DNA from: Candidatus Hydrogenedentota bacterium | Lineage (GTDB): Bacteria; Hydrogenedentota; Hydrogenedentia; Hydrogenedentales; SLHB01 | DNA: 64,000 nt | Assembly: GCA_963668025.2 (NCBI GenBank) | Contig: CAXXTH010000012.1 | Span: 64,001 to 128,000, forward strand | Direction: 5' to 3' | Part shown: positions 39,232 through 49,149 of the stretch, one piece after another | How positions within the stretch are numbered: the first letter of the stretch is position 1 | Layout: every line of letters starts with the position of its first letter | Notes under the pieces: generated by a model | What the model saw: the letters and a program-made list of their open reading frames with translations, nothing else | What the model was told of the DNA's origin: nothing | Databases searched by the model: none | Program-made: the position numbers and the translations under genes

Positions 39232-40143
39232 ATGAAGCAATCACCTGCAAAACGTGTTCGCCACAGGATGCTGCTTAGTACGCTTATGGCGCTGTCTGTA
39301 GCGGCCTTGGCAGGTTGTCCGAGCCCGGTGTCGCCCGGTGTAACGATTACCACGGATGTGACGTATGCCGTGGGATATGTGTCCGATAGCGACACGAGCA
39401 CCACCTGGACGCTGAAACCGCTGTTGATTGATATCTATGAACCGGCTTCCTCGAAGGCGACAAATCCGGCGATCTTGCTGGTTCATGGCGGCAGTTTTAC
39501 CGATGGCAGCAAGGAAAAAGAGGAGATCGTCGAATACGCGAAATTCTTCGCGAACCATGGGTATGTCGCTTTCGCCATGAATTACCGCCTTAGCGGCGAT
39601 TATCCGCCTGCTCCATCCTATTGGCAAACGCTCGCGGTCACCTCATCCGCCCATGCAGCCATGGTGGATATAAAGAATGCGGTCCGCTTTATCCGAGCCA
39701 ATGCGGAAGAATATGGCGTGGATACGGAACGCATCGGGCTCATGGGCGAATCGGCGGGCGCTATCGCCGGGGCGGCCGTAGCGTTCACGGATGATGATGA
39801 ATTTGTTACCGACGGAGACGAGTTTGCCGTGCCTGAGCAGAACCATCCCGGCATATCCGCCCGCGTGAATGCCTACTGCCATTTCTGGGGCAATGCGGAT
39901 TTATTTCTGACGGAAGTGGACCGGAATGATCCCCCGGTCATGATCGTTCATGGCACGGACGACGACGAAACATTCACCCCGTTTGCATCCGCCAAGCGGC
40001 TGCATTCGCTGCTCGAACTCTATGGCATCCCGCATGAATTCTACGAAGCGGAAGGATATGGGCACGGCGCATGGGAATACCGGAATAACATGAAGAATCT
40101 CAAGCAGTTGATGCTCGCGTTTTTGGATGAACAGCTCGGTTGA
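39232..40143 (+). CDS. Alpha/beta hydrolase lipoprotein (esterase)
   Basis: LAGC lipobox, HGGSF, GESAG, HGTDD, GHG. Confidence 0.9.
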   Translation: MKQSPAKRVRHRMLLSTLMALSVAALAGCPSPVSPGVTITTDVTYAVGYVSDSDTSTTWTLKPLLIDIYEPASSKATNPAILLVHGGSFTDGSKEKEEIVEYAKFFANHGYVAFAMNYRLSGDYPPAPSYWQTLAVTSSAHAAMVDIKNAVRFIRANAEEYGVDTERIGLMGESAGAIAGAAVAFTDDDEFVTDGDEFAVPEQNHPGISARVNAYCHFWGNADLFLTEVDRNDPPVMIVHGTDDDETFTPFASAKRLHSLLELYGIPHEFYEAEGYGHGAWEYRNNMKNLKQLMLAFLDEQLG

Positions 40144-40240
40144 AGCTTAAGCGCTTTCTTCAGTTCGTGTTCGTTTCTTTATAAGCTGGCCCCATGCAAG
40201 GCGGCGCAGACAGGAGCCCGCATTCATCTGGATGTACAGA

Positions 40241-40738
40241 TTAGCAGGATGGAGGAATATCGCTATATTCGTCCAAAACAATTTGTGGATATAATTTCTT
40301 CGCACATTCAGGGCATAGGCCATGGCTAAATTCCGCCTCCGTGTGGTCGCGGACATAAGATTCCACTTGATGCCAGTAACCGTTATCATCTCGAATTTTC
40401 TTGCATGATGCACAAATAGGAAGTATGCCTTTTAGTTGCTTAATCTCACCGAATGCCTGCTGAAGGTCATCATTTTTCTTTGATATAAGATGATTCATCG
40501 CATTAAGCTGCCGCCAGCGATATACAGAATAACATGCCAATACGAACACGAGGACTAGCGATACCGTTATAAACTCATCGAGCTGCCAGTGTTCATGCTT
40601 TCTTGTAAACTCCACGAGATATTCAAGCGCATCATAATATGCTGACAAAATGAAGGCTATAATAGCTATCGTAGTGACAATGGCGATATCCCAAGAATGA
40701 TTACGCGGCTTATCTTGGGCAATATTATGGTTTCTCAT
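40241..40738 (-). CDS. Two-TM protein with C-terminal Cys/His (ICASCKKIRD..SHGLCPEC) domain
   Basis: Motif visible in the translation; AGGAG upstream; AT-rich. Confidence 0.8.
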   Translation of the reverse strand: MRNHNIAQDKPRNHSWDIAIVTTIAIIAFILSAYYDALEYLVEFTRKHEHWQLDEFITVSLVLVFVLACYSVYRWRQLNAMNHLISKKNDDLQQAFGEIKQLKGILPICASCKKIRDDNGYWHQVESYVRDHTEAEFSHGLCPECAKKLYPQIVLDEYSDIPPSC

Positions 40739-40995
40739 GCCTGCGCTCCTCTTCATTTGGCGCCAGCTACGATTAAAATCAACGGGCGCGTAAATGCGCC
40801 TTTGCATTTGTCTTGCTAGGCTTGGGCTGAAGGCCGTTTCTCTATGCTCAACACAATACTCAAAAGAACATCGCCACAGAAAAAAGGCAACTGCTATCTA
40901 CATTATATCGTATAACTTGCTCAAACATCAGGAATGGTCTGATAGAACCGCCTACAAAGGCGTCCATTATTCTTGTCTAGATAGTCGCAGCAAAG

Positions 40996-41033
40996 GAAAA
41001 CCTGAAAGCGGAGGCAAGCTTCCGCTTTCAGGT
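40996..41033 (-). terminator. Terminator of the ETF-QO gene
   Basis: ACCTGAAAGCGGA/TCCGCTTTCAGGT with T-rich tail on the - strand. Confidence 0.8.
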
Positions 41034-41066
41034 AAAGAGTTGTTGGCCGCTCATTTATTTGCCCGC

Positions 41067-42932
41067 CTAATTCTCCGCCGAGTGCAATCCGCCCGCGCCC
41101 GCGCGGAACTCGACATTGGCCTTTTCCGGTTCGCCGGGACGGGCTTGCGAGCAGTTCCAGAAACATGCGCCGCAATGGACGCATTTTTCGCGGTCGAACA
41201 GCGGCACGCCGCCTTCTGGATTCATGGTTATGGCCTGGGCCGAACACATCTCGATGCAAATTTTCACGCCGCAGGATTCGCACAGGTTCGGGTAGAGAAA
41301 CGCCACATGGTCGGCGAAGCCTGCTGGGGCCTGGACTTTTCCCCCTAAGAGCAGGGCGTCCTGGTGCGATACCAGCAATTTGCCGTCGAAGGGGATCTCG
41401 GGCCAGCCCACGCGGTTCATGATGGCGTCGTGGAGCGACGAACCCTTGGCCGTGCATTCCTCGCGGATCTTCTGGATCTCGGCGGCGGACAGCTTGTCTT
41501 TGTAATACTCTTCGACGGACGGGATGCGTTCGTAGGGCCGGAGGGGCTTGCCGGGGATAGCCAATGCGCCGCCCGTAAAACCCACGAGGGACATGCCGAT
41601 CATGCCGGGGATGAATCCGCGCTGGAATCCGTCGCGCGCCTTCGCCGCCGCAACGGCCCCCTTCTCGACCCAGCTCGCGCGCCGCCGCGCCACATAGGCC
41701 GCTTCGAGATTCGCTTTCGTGAAGGGCTTATCCGCCTTGAGTAATTCCGCCACGGCCTTGCCCAATTGCACGCCCGTGGTCCACGCCTCATCCACGCCCG
41801 AGCCCGTGAGCATATTCGTGCTGCCCGAGCCTTCGCCGATGCGGGCATAGCCGTCGCCCGCCAGATGCGGCTCGCCATGCTTGCCCGCCTCTTGAAGCGT
41901 CTTCGCGCCCCACGAGCGCAACGCGCCGCCATCGATGTGCCGCCAGATGTAGGGGTGCATCATCCAATGCTGGAGATAGCGGTAGGCCGTGCGCATGGGA
42001 TTGTCGAACCATGACGGGATGAAGATGCCGAGGGACGCCACGCGTTCGGGGTAGACATAAAGGAAGCCGAAGATTTCCGGTTCCGGGTAGCCGAAGGTAT
42101 GGATGACCGTGCCCGGCTCGAGGGCGCATGTTTCGGGCAGGTCGATGACGAACTTCATGCCCACGGCCCAGTCACGCTGGTGGTGGCCCTCGGGCATGCC
42201 GAACCGGTCATTCAGCGCCCGGCCCACAGGACCGACCGGGCCATCACCCACGACGGTCAGCGCGGCATGGATGTCCATGCCCGGCATGAAGCCCATGTCG
42301 GGCTTGCCCTGTTTGTCTACGCCCTGATCGGCCAGGCGCACGCCTTTGACCGCGCCATTCTCGATGAGCGGTTCGGCCACGGGCATGCCCGGCCACACTT
42401 GCGCCAGGCCCGACGCCATGACTTGCGCCCCCACCCATTGGTTGAACTGGCCGATGGACAAGAGCAGGCCGCCATGTTTCGCGGCGAAGGGCGGCGTGAA
42501 GGGCAGCTCGACGGCGCAATGCTTGTACAACGGATTCACCGCGCTCGTGACCTTTATGACAGCGTCCTTCATGCGCAGCAATCCCGGCCTCCGGCTCGCG
42601 CCGATGGGATCGAGGAGATACGCCATCGTCTCCTTCTTGACTGGCGTGGCGTGGGGAATGCCCGCGTTCTCGATATCCGGGAAGCTTTCGCGGATGCCTT
42701 TCGCCATGGTCACCACGCCCGACACGCCAAAGCCGGTGTCGTCCGCGCGCTCGTAGCAAATGACCTGTGGCGGCATGCCCGGCATAACTTTGCTCTCGAC
42801 GGCGGGCGTGCCATCCTCGTTCGTCAACTCGCGCGACAGCGTCGTGAGGAAACCGCCTGTAGCGGGGCCGAATCCCACGCAGACGATATCCACATCCATG
42901 CTCTGGCGTTCGATGCTGGGTTCTTCCGACAT
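41067..42932 (-). CDS. Electron-transfer flavoprotein:quinone oxidoreductase (FixC + FixX-like ferredoxin)
   Basis: DIVCVGFGPA FAD site, C-terminal CVHCGAC; true start MSEEPS with GAGG RBS. Confidence 0.9.
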   Translation of the reverse strand: MSEEPSIERQSMDVDIVCVGFGPATGGFLTTLSRELTNEDGTPAVESKVMPGMPPQVICYERADDTGFGVSGVVTMAKGIRESFPDIENAGIPHATPVKKETMAYLLDPIGASRRPGLLRMKDAVIKVTSAVNPLYKHCAVELPFTPPFAAKHGGLLLSIGQFNQWVGAQVMASGLAQVWPGMPVAEPLIENGAVKGVRLADQGVDKQGKPDMGFMPGMDIHAALTVVGDGPVGPVGRALNDRFGMPEGHHQRDWAVGMKFVIDLPETCALEPGTVIHTFGYPEPEIFGFLYVYPERVASLGIFIPSWFDNPMRTAYRYLQHWMMHPYIWRHIDGGALRSWGAKTLQEAGKHGEPHLAGDGYARIGEGSGSTNMLTGSGVDEAWTTGVQLGKAVAELLKADKPFTKANLEAAYVARRRASWVEKGAVAAAKARDGFQRGFIPGMIGMSLVGFTGGALAIPGKPLRPYERIPSVEEYYKDKLSAAEIQKIREECTAKGSSLHDAIMNRVGWPEIPFDGKLLVSHQDALLLGGKVQAPAGFADHVAFLYPNLCESCGVKICIEMCSAQAITMNPEGGVPLFDREKCVHCGACFWNCSQARPGEPEKANVEFRAGAGGLHSAEN

Positions 42933-43149
42933 GTTCCACCTCTTACGTTCGCAGGCTAAAGCCCGGTTTGTCCTCACCCATCGCGGGCAGCCTCGGGAGA
43001 GCCGTGTGGCGCAATATCTTCCCCTGAACCAACGGCGTCCTGCCCGGCTGGAAAGGGTGATTATAGCCATAATTGGCGTTGGAAGCACAAAATGAGCGGC
43101 TAAACCATAATGAACATGCCGGACGCTGGGGGGGGTGGTGATGGCTCTA

Positions 43150-43185
43150 GGATTTTCACCACAGAGGCTCCGAGGAACACCGAGA
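43150..43185 (+). repeat. Lone left arm of the palindromic repeat family
   Basis: GGATTTTCACCACAGAGGCTCCGAGGAACACCGAG; same start as 2085. Confidence 0.55.
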
Positions 43186-43302
43186 TACGCGCTACAGTTC
43201 GTTCTAACCCAAAAAACGGTGATATGGTATCCTGGTGCTCCCAAAACCACCGGACAGCGATGCGCATGAAAATATCCGTCGGCAGGAGATGGAGGCTGGC
43301 TT

Positions 43303-44202
43303 ATGATGTATGCATGTATAAGAAAACGATCTCGGCGAAGCAACAATTGGCGCTTGCCCGCATTTGCGGATCTTTCCACGTCTGGCCCGCCACCTATTCC
43401 GGCAAGGCCCAGCGCGCCGCCGCCCGTGCCCGCGCCCAATGTCCGCCCGGGCATGCCCACTTTCGGCATCCTGGCTATCATTGGCGGCGTGGGCATTGTT
43501 TGCGTGATCACGTTTGGGATCGTCATGGCGGCCATCATGACCCCTGCGTTCATACGTGCGCGGGAGGTCGCTGGAAGATCACAGTGCAAGGAAAACTTGT
43601 CTCGTTTTGCTCTGGCGTTCAAATGGTACGCAGAAGATCATGAAGGGAGATTGCCCCTACTTGGTCCAGCGCCGGGCTGCTTTTCCGTGGTTCCCGGCAC
43701 CCTCTATCCTGAGCATATGGACTTAAGTGCTTTCACCTGTCCCAGCGATGAATCAGCCGATGACGGCACCAACAAAGAAAACGCAACGCGGATTCTCAAA
43801 CGAAATAGCTATGCCTATCTCGGATATGTGCTGCTCAACGAGAAGGAAGGGCAAGCATTTATCGAAGCTTGCCGTGCCCATTTTGCCGAAGGGAAGACTC
43901 TATCCGGTGAGATTTCTGTTCCAGAAGGCACTGGAAGCGGCGGAGGCAGCTTATTGTTCCCTTTGACCAGTGATGTATACACGCGTTTGCCACAGGCCGC
44001 TGATGGGAAGCCGGTTACTGCTGCTAGCATCCCCATTTTGATGGACAAGCAACCATATCATACGCCTGGTGGTATTTGTGTGCTGTATCTTGATGGCCAC
44101 GTGGAGTTTATTCGTATGGGAGAGAAATGGCCCGCCGACCAGGATTTTCTCGATGCAATTGTGAAACTCGAAGCGCAGTATGCGCCTGTGGAAGAGGAGT
44201 AA
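43303..44202 (+). CDS. DUF1559-like pseudopilin with H-X9-DG motif, paralogue 1
   Basis: PAFIRARE.A.RSQC..NL, FTCPSD, HTPGGICVLYLDGHVEF. Confidence 0.85.
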   Translation: MMYACIRKRSRRSNNWRLPAFADLSTSGPPPIPARPSAPPPVPAPNVRPGMPTFGILAIIGGVGIVCVITFGIVMAAIMTPAFIRAREVAGRSQCKENLSRFALAFKWYAEDHEGRLPLLGPAPGCFSVVPGTLYPEHMDLSAFTCPSDESADDGTNKENATRILKRNSYAYLGYVLLNEKEGQAFIEACRAHFAEGKTLSGEISVPEGTGSGGGSLLFPLTSDVYTRLPQAADGKPVTAASIPILMDKQPYHTPGGICVLYLDGHVEFIRMGEKWPADQDFLDAIVKLEAQYAPVEEE

Positions 44203-44370
44203 CTTCTTGGACCACGAAATACACCAAATACACTAAAAATTTAAGTGGAGTGGGAGTTGTTAGCGTAGGGTGGGGCTTGCCCCACCGATGGCGGTTTTTA
44301 TGTTCGTGTGTTTGGTGTGTTTGGTGGTTATAGAAAATGCGTGCATGGAGAATGGAGGATGATGTATGAA
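44199..44370 (+). repeat. Inter-paralogue repeat copy 1 (palindromic arms 44210-44329 enclosing REP 44265-44286)
   Basis: Aligns with 46812-46975. Confidence 0.92.
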
Positions 44371-46061
44371 CCTAAAAACGCCAGTTGAATCTTGAGTGTC
44401 GAGCAGGAAGTAGTTCAAGATAAAGAACATGGAAACAGAATCGCAACAGCAAGATGCTCCCCCATTGGGAGAGGAGGAATGGTTGTCTTTGGAGGCGCCG
44501 ATTTTCGTAGATAGCTACGGGGGCCGGGTGCATGTGGAATGGGACCGGGAGGCGGCAACGACGCCGTTTGGCCAGTTGGCGTTCTTTATCGATTTTCTCA
44601 AGACGGCGGAGCTTTTTGAAGCGTGGGTGGAGGACTGTCCGCTGGCGTACGCCAGCAATAATGCGCCGCGCAAGAGGGATGTGCTGGGCACGCTATTTTT
44701 ATCAGTGCTGGCGGGCCACACCCGCTATGCGCACATTGACGCGGTCCGTTACGACGCGGTGAACCCGGGCTTGCTGGGTATGAGCAAGATCATGAGCGCC
44801 TCCTCGGCGCGGCGGGCATTTATACTGGCGGACGGGGAAGCCTGCGCGGGCTGGCTACAGAAGCACCTGCGCCGCTGTTATGAGCCGTTGCTTTATGAGC
44901 CTTGGATTTTGGACGTGGATACAAGCGTGAAGCCCCTGTTCGGCCATCAAGAAGGGGCCGTGCTGGGCTACAATCCGGCGAAACAGGGCCGTCCTTCTCA
45001 TGTGCTGCATACCTATTTTATGGCGAACACGCGCTTGGTGCTGGACGTGGAAGTCCGGCCGGGCAACGAGACGGCGGCGAAATACACCATGCCTGGATTG
45101 TGGCATTTTCTCGATGGCTTGCCGCGCGCGGCCTGGCCGGGCATGATTCGCGGCGACTGCGCCTTCGGCAACGAACGCGACATGAGCGAAGCCGAAGCGC
45201 GCGGAGTGCCCTATCTGTTCAAATTGCGGCAGACCAGCAACGTGAAACGGCTTATCCAGCAGGCCTTTTGTTCTAAGGACTGGACGCCAGCAGGCCAAGG
45301 CTGGGAAGGTTTGGAAGACCGTCTGGAGCTTATGGGATGGACGAGCAAACGCCGGGTAATCGTTCTGCGGCGCAAGCTCAAAGGGAGTATCGTTCTGGAA
45401 ACGGAGCCGCTATTGCCTGACCCCTCCCCCCAACTACAGCTCATTGAGATCCAAGCGGGAGCCGTGCAGCAGTATGAATACGCGCTGCTGGCCACTTCGC
45501 TGACAGACCCCCTATCGGCCTTGGCCCAGCATTATCGCGACCGGGGCGATGCGGAAAACATCTACGATGAACAGAAAAACCAGTGGGGGTGGGGCGGGTA
45601 TACCACCCACGATATGAAGCGCTGCCAAATCATGGCGCGAATCATAGCCCTGATTTACAATTGGTGGTCTTTGTACGTGCGCTTGGCGATTCCGGAGCGC
45701 CACGCCGAAGCGATCACAAGCCGCCCTCTGCTGCTGTATGGTGTGGGACAGCAGACCCGCCACGGAGGCCAAACCACGCTCACCATCACCCCCGTGCATG
45801 CGCAAGGACATGCTATGGAACAAGTTCTGAAATCCGTAAACGCCTTTTTATTGGAGGTGAAAGCAACTGCGCGGCAGTTGAACTGGAACGAACGATGGCG
45901 GACGATCCTCAGCCGGATCTTCGCCAAAATACTCGAGGGAAGGCCGCTGGCCACCCCCAACCTGCTGTCGGCGCCAACGTAAAGAGCGGGCCAGGACAGT
46001 TATTTCTTTACAAAATTGGGCTGGAAAAATCCCAAAGCAAGTTCCTACTGCCTTTTTTAGG
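44371..46061 (+). mobile_element. IS1380-family insertion sequence (1691 bp)
   Basis: Ends CCTAAAAACGCCAGT / ACTGCCTTTTTTAGG; 5-bp duplication ATGAA. Confidence 0.88.
44429..45982 (+). CDS. IS1380-family DDE transposase
   Basis: ILDVD..GHQEGA..GYNP, RPGN, IRGDCAF, YRDRGDAEN..E.K. Confidence 0.9.
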   Translation: METESQQQDAPPLGEEEWLSLEAPIFVDSYGGRVHVEWDREAATTPFGQLAFFIDFLKTAELFEAWVEDCPLAYASNNAPRKRDVLGTLFLSVLAGHTRYAHIDAVRYDAVNPGLLGMSKIMSASSARRAFILADGEACAGWLQKHLRRCYEPLLYEPWILDVDTSVKPLFGHQEGAVLGYNPAKQGRPSHVLHTYFMANTRLVLDVEVRPGNETAAKYTMPGLWHFLDGLPRAAWPGMIRGDCAFGNERDMSEAEARGVPYLFKLRQTSNVKRLIQQAFCSKDWTPAGQGWEGLEDRLELMGWTSKRRVIVLRRKLKGSIVLETEPLLPDPSPQLQLIEIQAGAVQQYEYALLATSLTDPLSALAQHYRDRGDAENIYDEQKNQWGWGGYTTHDMKRCQIMARIIALIYNWWSLYVRLAIPERHAEAITSRPLLLYGVGQQTRHGGQTTLTITPVHAQGHAMEQVLKSVNAFLLEVKATARQLNWNERWRTILSRIFAKILEGRPLATPNLLSAPT

Positions 46062-46086
46062 ATGAAACATCCTCGGAGGCATAGAC

Positions 46087-46815
46087 GTGAAAAAAATCAT
46101 GATTAGCGTGAGCAGAATTATACTGGTGCTAGCAATCATATTTGCCATCTTGACTGCCGTGCTTTTACCTTCTCGCGAGCAGGCCCGTCGTCTGGAATGC
46201 CGTGGACAACTGCGTGAGATTGGCTTAATCTGCCACGCGTATTCGGATGCGCATAACAAAACCTATCCATTTATGAGCCAAACGCCAGGATGCTTTGCCT
46301 TTCAACATGGTTTCATAAATCCTACAGCTCCTAATGCCTGTTCCTCAATATTGGCTTGCCCCTGTGATGAAGAGACGTGGGAAAACTACCCAGAATGGAC
46401 TATCGAGCGGTATCTGAATCGCAACAGCTACCTATATCTAGGCTACGCATTGCTCAGCGAAACGGAAGGCCTTGCGTTCACGGATACATGCCGGGCACAG
46501 TTTGCCGCTGGCCATACACTATCTGGCGAAGTTCCCGCACCGGAAGGCGCTGGAAGCGGCGGCGGCTGTGTCTTTCTTCCCTTGGCCGAAGATATCGCCA
46601 CGCGCTTGCCAAAGGCTTCTTCAATCGTCACCAACGCCAATATCCCTGTCGTAGTGGAAAAGCGTTATCATCATCCACGAGGTCGCGTAGGTGTGCTGTA
46701 TTTGGATGGACACGTGGAATATGTGCGCATGGGTGAAAAGTGGCCCGCGAATGAAGAATTCCTGGAAGCGCTTGAAGACATTGAAGCGCAGTATGCACTT
46801 GAGGAAGAGAAATAA
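46087..46815 (+). CDS. DUF1559-like H-X9-DG protein, paralogue 2
   Basis: ILTAVLLP..EQARR..C, ACPCD, HPRGRVGVLYLDGHVE; GGAGG RBS and GTG start. Confidence 0.85.
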   Translation: MKKIMISVSRIILVLAIIFAILTAVLLPSREQARRLECRGQLREIGLICHAYSDAHNKTYPFMSQTPGCFAFQHGFINPTAPNACSSILACPCDEETWENYPEWTIERYLNRNSYLYLGYALLSETEGLAFTDTCRAQFAAGHTLSGEVPAPEGAGSGGGCVFLPLAEDIATRLPKASSIVTNANIPVVVEKRYHHPRGRVGVLYLDGHVEYVRMGEKWPANEEFLEALEDIEAQYALEEEK

Positions 46816-46975
46816 CTTCTTGGACCACGAAATACACTAAATACACTAAGGATTTATGTGGGGTTGGAGTTGTTAGCGTAGGGTGGGGCTTGCCCCACCG
46901 ATGGCGGTTTTTATTTTCGTGTGGTTCGTGTATTTGGTGGTTGTAAAAACGGTTGCATGGAGAATGATGTATGAA
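46812..46975 (+). repeat. Inter-paralogue repeat copy 2 (arms 46823-46942, REP 46878-46899)
   Basis: Aligns with 44199-44370. Confidence 0.92.
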
Positions 46976-47870
46976 GCATTTATCTGGAAGCCATCACTAC
47001 CCTTGGCGATTGCCCGCATTTGCGGATCTTTCCACATCTGGCCCGCCGCCTATTCCGGCTAGACCCAGCGCGCCGCCGCCCGTGCCTGCGCCCAATGTCC
47101 GCCCGGGCATGCCCACTTTCGGCATTCTGGCTATCATTGGCGGTGTGGGCATTGTTTGCGTGATCACGTTTGGGATCGTCATGGCGGCCATCATGGCCCC
47201 TGCGTTCATCCAAGCGCGCGATATGGCGCTCAGTTCATCGTGTCAGAGCAACTTGAAAATGGTTGATATCATATGCCGGATGTATAAGGGCGAGAATGAA
47301 GGGCAATATCCACCGCTCACCACCGAGCCAGGCTGTTTCGCTATGGAACCTAGCGCGGTGTATCCGGAGTATCTCTATGATCTTTCAACACTGGTATGCT
47401 CCAGCGACGAGTGGTCTCCGGCGGATTATAGTGCAGAAAATGCACAAAAGATCCTTAATCATAACAGCTATATTTATCCCGGCTATGCGTTGCTCAATGA
47501 AAAAGAAGGGCAAGCATTTATCGAGGTTTGCCGTACACGTTTTACTGTGGGAGGAGCTTTGTCTGGTGAAGTCTCCGTACCGGAAGGTGCGGGGAGTGGC
47601 GGAGGCAAATTGTTTTTGCCATTGGCCGAGGATATAGCCGCGCGCCTGCCTCAGACCGCAGCAGGAATGGCCGTCTCGCCCGCCGATATTCCGGTCATGA
47701 TGGATAAATATGTGCATCAATCAGAAGATAAGCCGGATGGTATATGTGTGCTCTATATGGATGGCCATGCAGAGTTTATTCGTATGGGAGAGAAATGGCC
47801 CGCCGACCAGGATTTTCTCGATGCAATTGTGCAGCTCGAAACGCAGTATGCACCTGTGGAAGAGGAATAG
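46971..47870 (+). CDS. DUF1559-like protein, paralogue 3
   Basis: N- and C-termini near-identical to paralogue 1; VLYMDGHAEF. Confidence 0.85.
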   Translation: MKHLSGSHHYPWRLPAFADLSTSGPPPIPARPSAPPPVPAPNVRPGMPTFGILAIIGGVGIVCVITFGIVMAAIMAPAFIQARDMALSSSCQSNLKMVDIICRMYKGENEGQYPPLTTEPGCFAMEPSAVYPEYLYDLSTLVCSSDEWSPADYSAENAQKILNHNSYIYPGYALLNEKEGQAFIEVCRTRFTVGGALSGEVSVPEGAGSGGGKLFLPLAEDIAARLPQTAAGMAVSPADIPVMMDKYVHQSEDKPDGICVLYMDGHAEFIRMGEKWPADQDFLDAIVQLETQYAPVEEE

Positions 47871-47877
47871 TTTTTTG

Positions 47878-48087
47878 GACCATGAAATACGTAGCGCGGC
47901 ATGGCCGCAACCAAAGATCCGAATTTTGAATCACGAATGGACACCCGTGTACACCAATAATACCGGTTCCACTTTTCCACCGATTACGCGGATTCTCAGA
48001 AAAAGTGAATAGCTTGAATGCTGCTTCACATGGGTGTTGATTGGCGCCTATTCGTGGTTGGGATGCAGAGCGGGGCTTGCCCCACCG
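47878..48087 (+). repeat. Nested composite repeat
   Basis: Truncated arm GACCATGAAATAC, GTAGCGCGGCATGGCCGCAACCAAAG module, arms 47929/48059, REP variant 48065-48086. Confidence 0.75.
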
Positions 48088-48702
48088 CTGGCTCTTCTCC
48101 GTCCGCGCACAAAACCAACGCGTGTTCAGGCGGATCCAGATACAAGCCCGCAATGTCCGTCACCTTCTCTACAAAAGCCGGATCGTTGCTCACCTTGAAC
48201 ATATCAACCAAATGCGGTTTCAGTCCGTTGGCGCGCCATACTCGGGTAACCATCGACTGGCTGACGCCCAACTCCCGCGCAAGCATACGCGAGGTCCAGT
48301 GGGTGGCGTTGTCGGGTTTCGTCTCGATCGTGCGCCGGATGATCTCCCGCGCGGCACGATTGCGCTGGGTCGGCTTGCGCCCCCCCTCTGGGCGCATCTT
48401 TCTCGATGCCAGACAGGCCCAGCTTGGCAAAACGAGAACGCCACCGCCCCGCCAGAAGGCGTGTCACCCCAAGTCTCAACGCGATATCCTTGTTGGTTAT
48501 CCCTTCGCTCGCCAATAACATGATCTGCGCACGCTGCATAAGGCGAACCGGCGTGCTGGGGCCCCGCGCCCATTTCTCAAGGGTTTGACGATCTGCCGGG
48601 CTCAATATAATCTCTGGGGCTTTCCGCATGGGGTATCTCCTTTGATACCATATCAATACCCAATGTGGATTAAACGTTTCATCAATTATGACTCAAAACA
48701 CT
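48088..48702 (-). pseudogene. IS630-family transposase remnant
   Basis: Start 48629; RAQIMLL..W..RF..DAPR; HWT.R.LA, F..KV.DI.GLY.DPP..ALVLC.DEKSQ; two frameshifts, 3' truncated. Confidence 0.88.
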
Positions 48703-49149
48703 TGGATGTGCTGAAATATCCCTGCCGTTCGTTTTCTATAGACCTTTGCGGCTTTGCATGAAATAGGTTCAAGATAAACATTGCCTCTCGTATGAGGCGA
48801 TATTATGGTGTATAGAGCAAAGCATAAGGTGTCCGAGCCTGCCCCATGTAGCTGAAGTGTGATTAAAAGCGGAAATGCCGCCGCCAGTAAATCCTGTCCA
48901 AAAAATATTTAAAACCCAAATTCGCATTTTTATTAGCACGGATTTCGTGTTATCATACAGTAGACTGATTGAACGGGTGCGGGAAGAAACACATTGTTTT
49001 TGTTGTTCGTGATGTTATTCACGATAGAAAAGGATTTCATTTTTAACATGATATCGTAAATTCCGCCATACATAGAGGAAAAACAAGGCATCCAGTTTTA
49101 AACCGCCTCGATTTTTGACAGGCGCCATGCTACTGACAGGCAAAACAGG

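Noticed and set aside
42933-43622. N-terminal 230 aa of the 851-aa ORF (apparent ETF-QO fusion)
   Set aside because: It is the antisense shadow of the 43303 gene and intergenic DNA; the real start with RBS is at 42932
43303-47870. Diversity-generating retroelement TR/VR pair
   Set aside because: Differences between copies are not adenine-specific, both copies are coding, and no reverse transcriptase is present
44199-47890. CRISPR array or integron attC array
   Set aside because: Repeats are ~165 bp and separated by whole genes, with no cas or intI gene; arms lack clear RYYYAAC/GTTRRRY boxes
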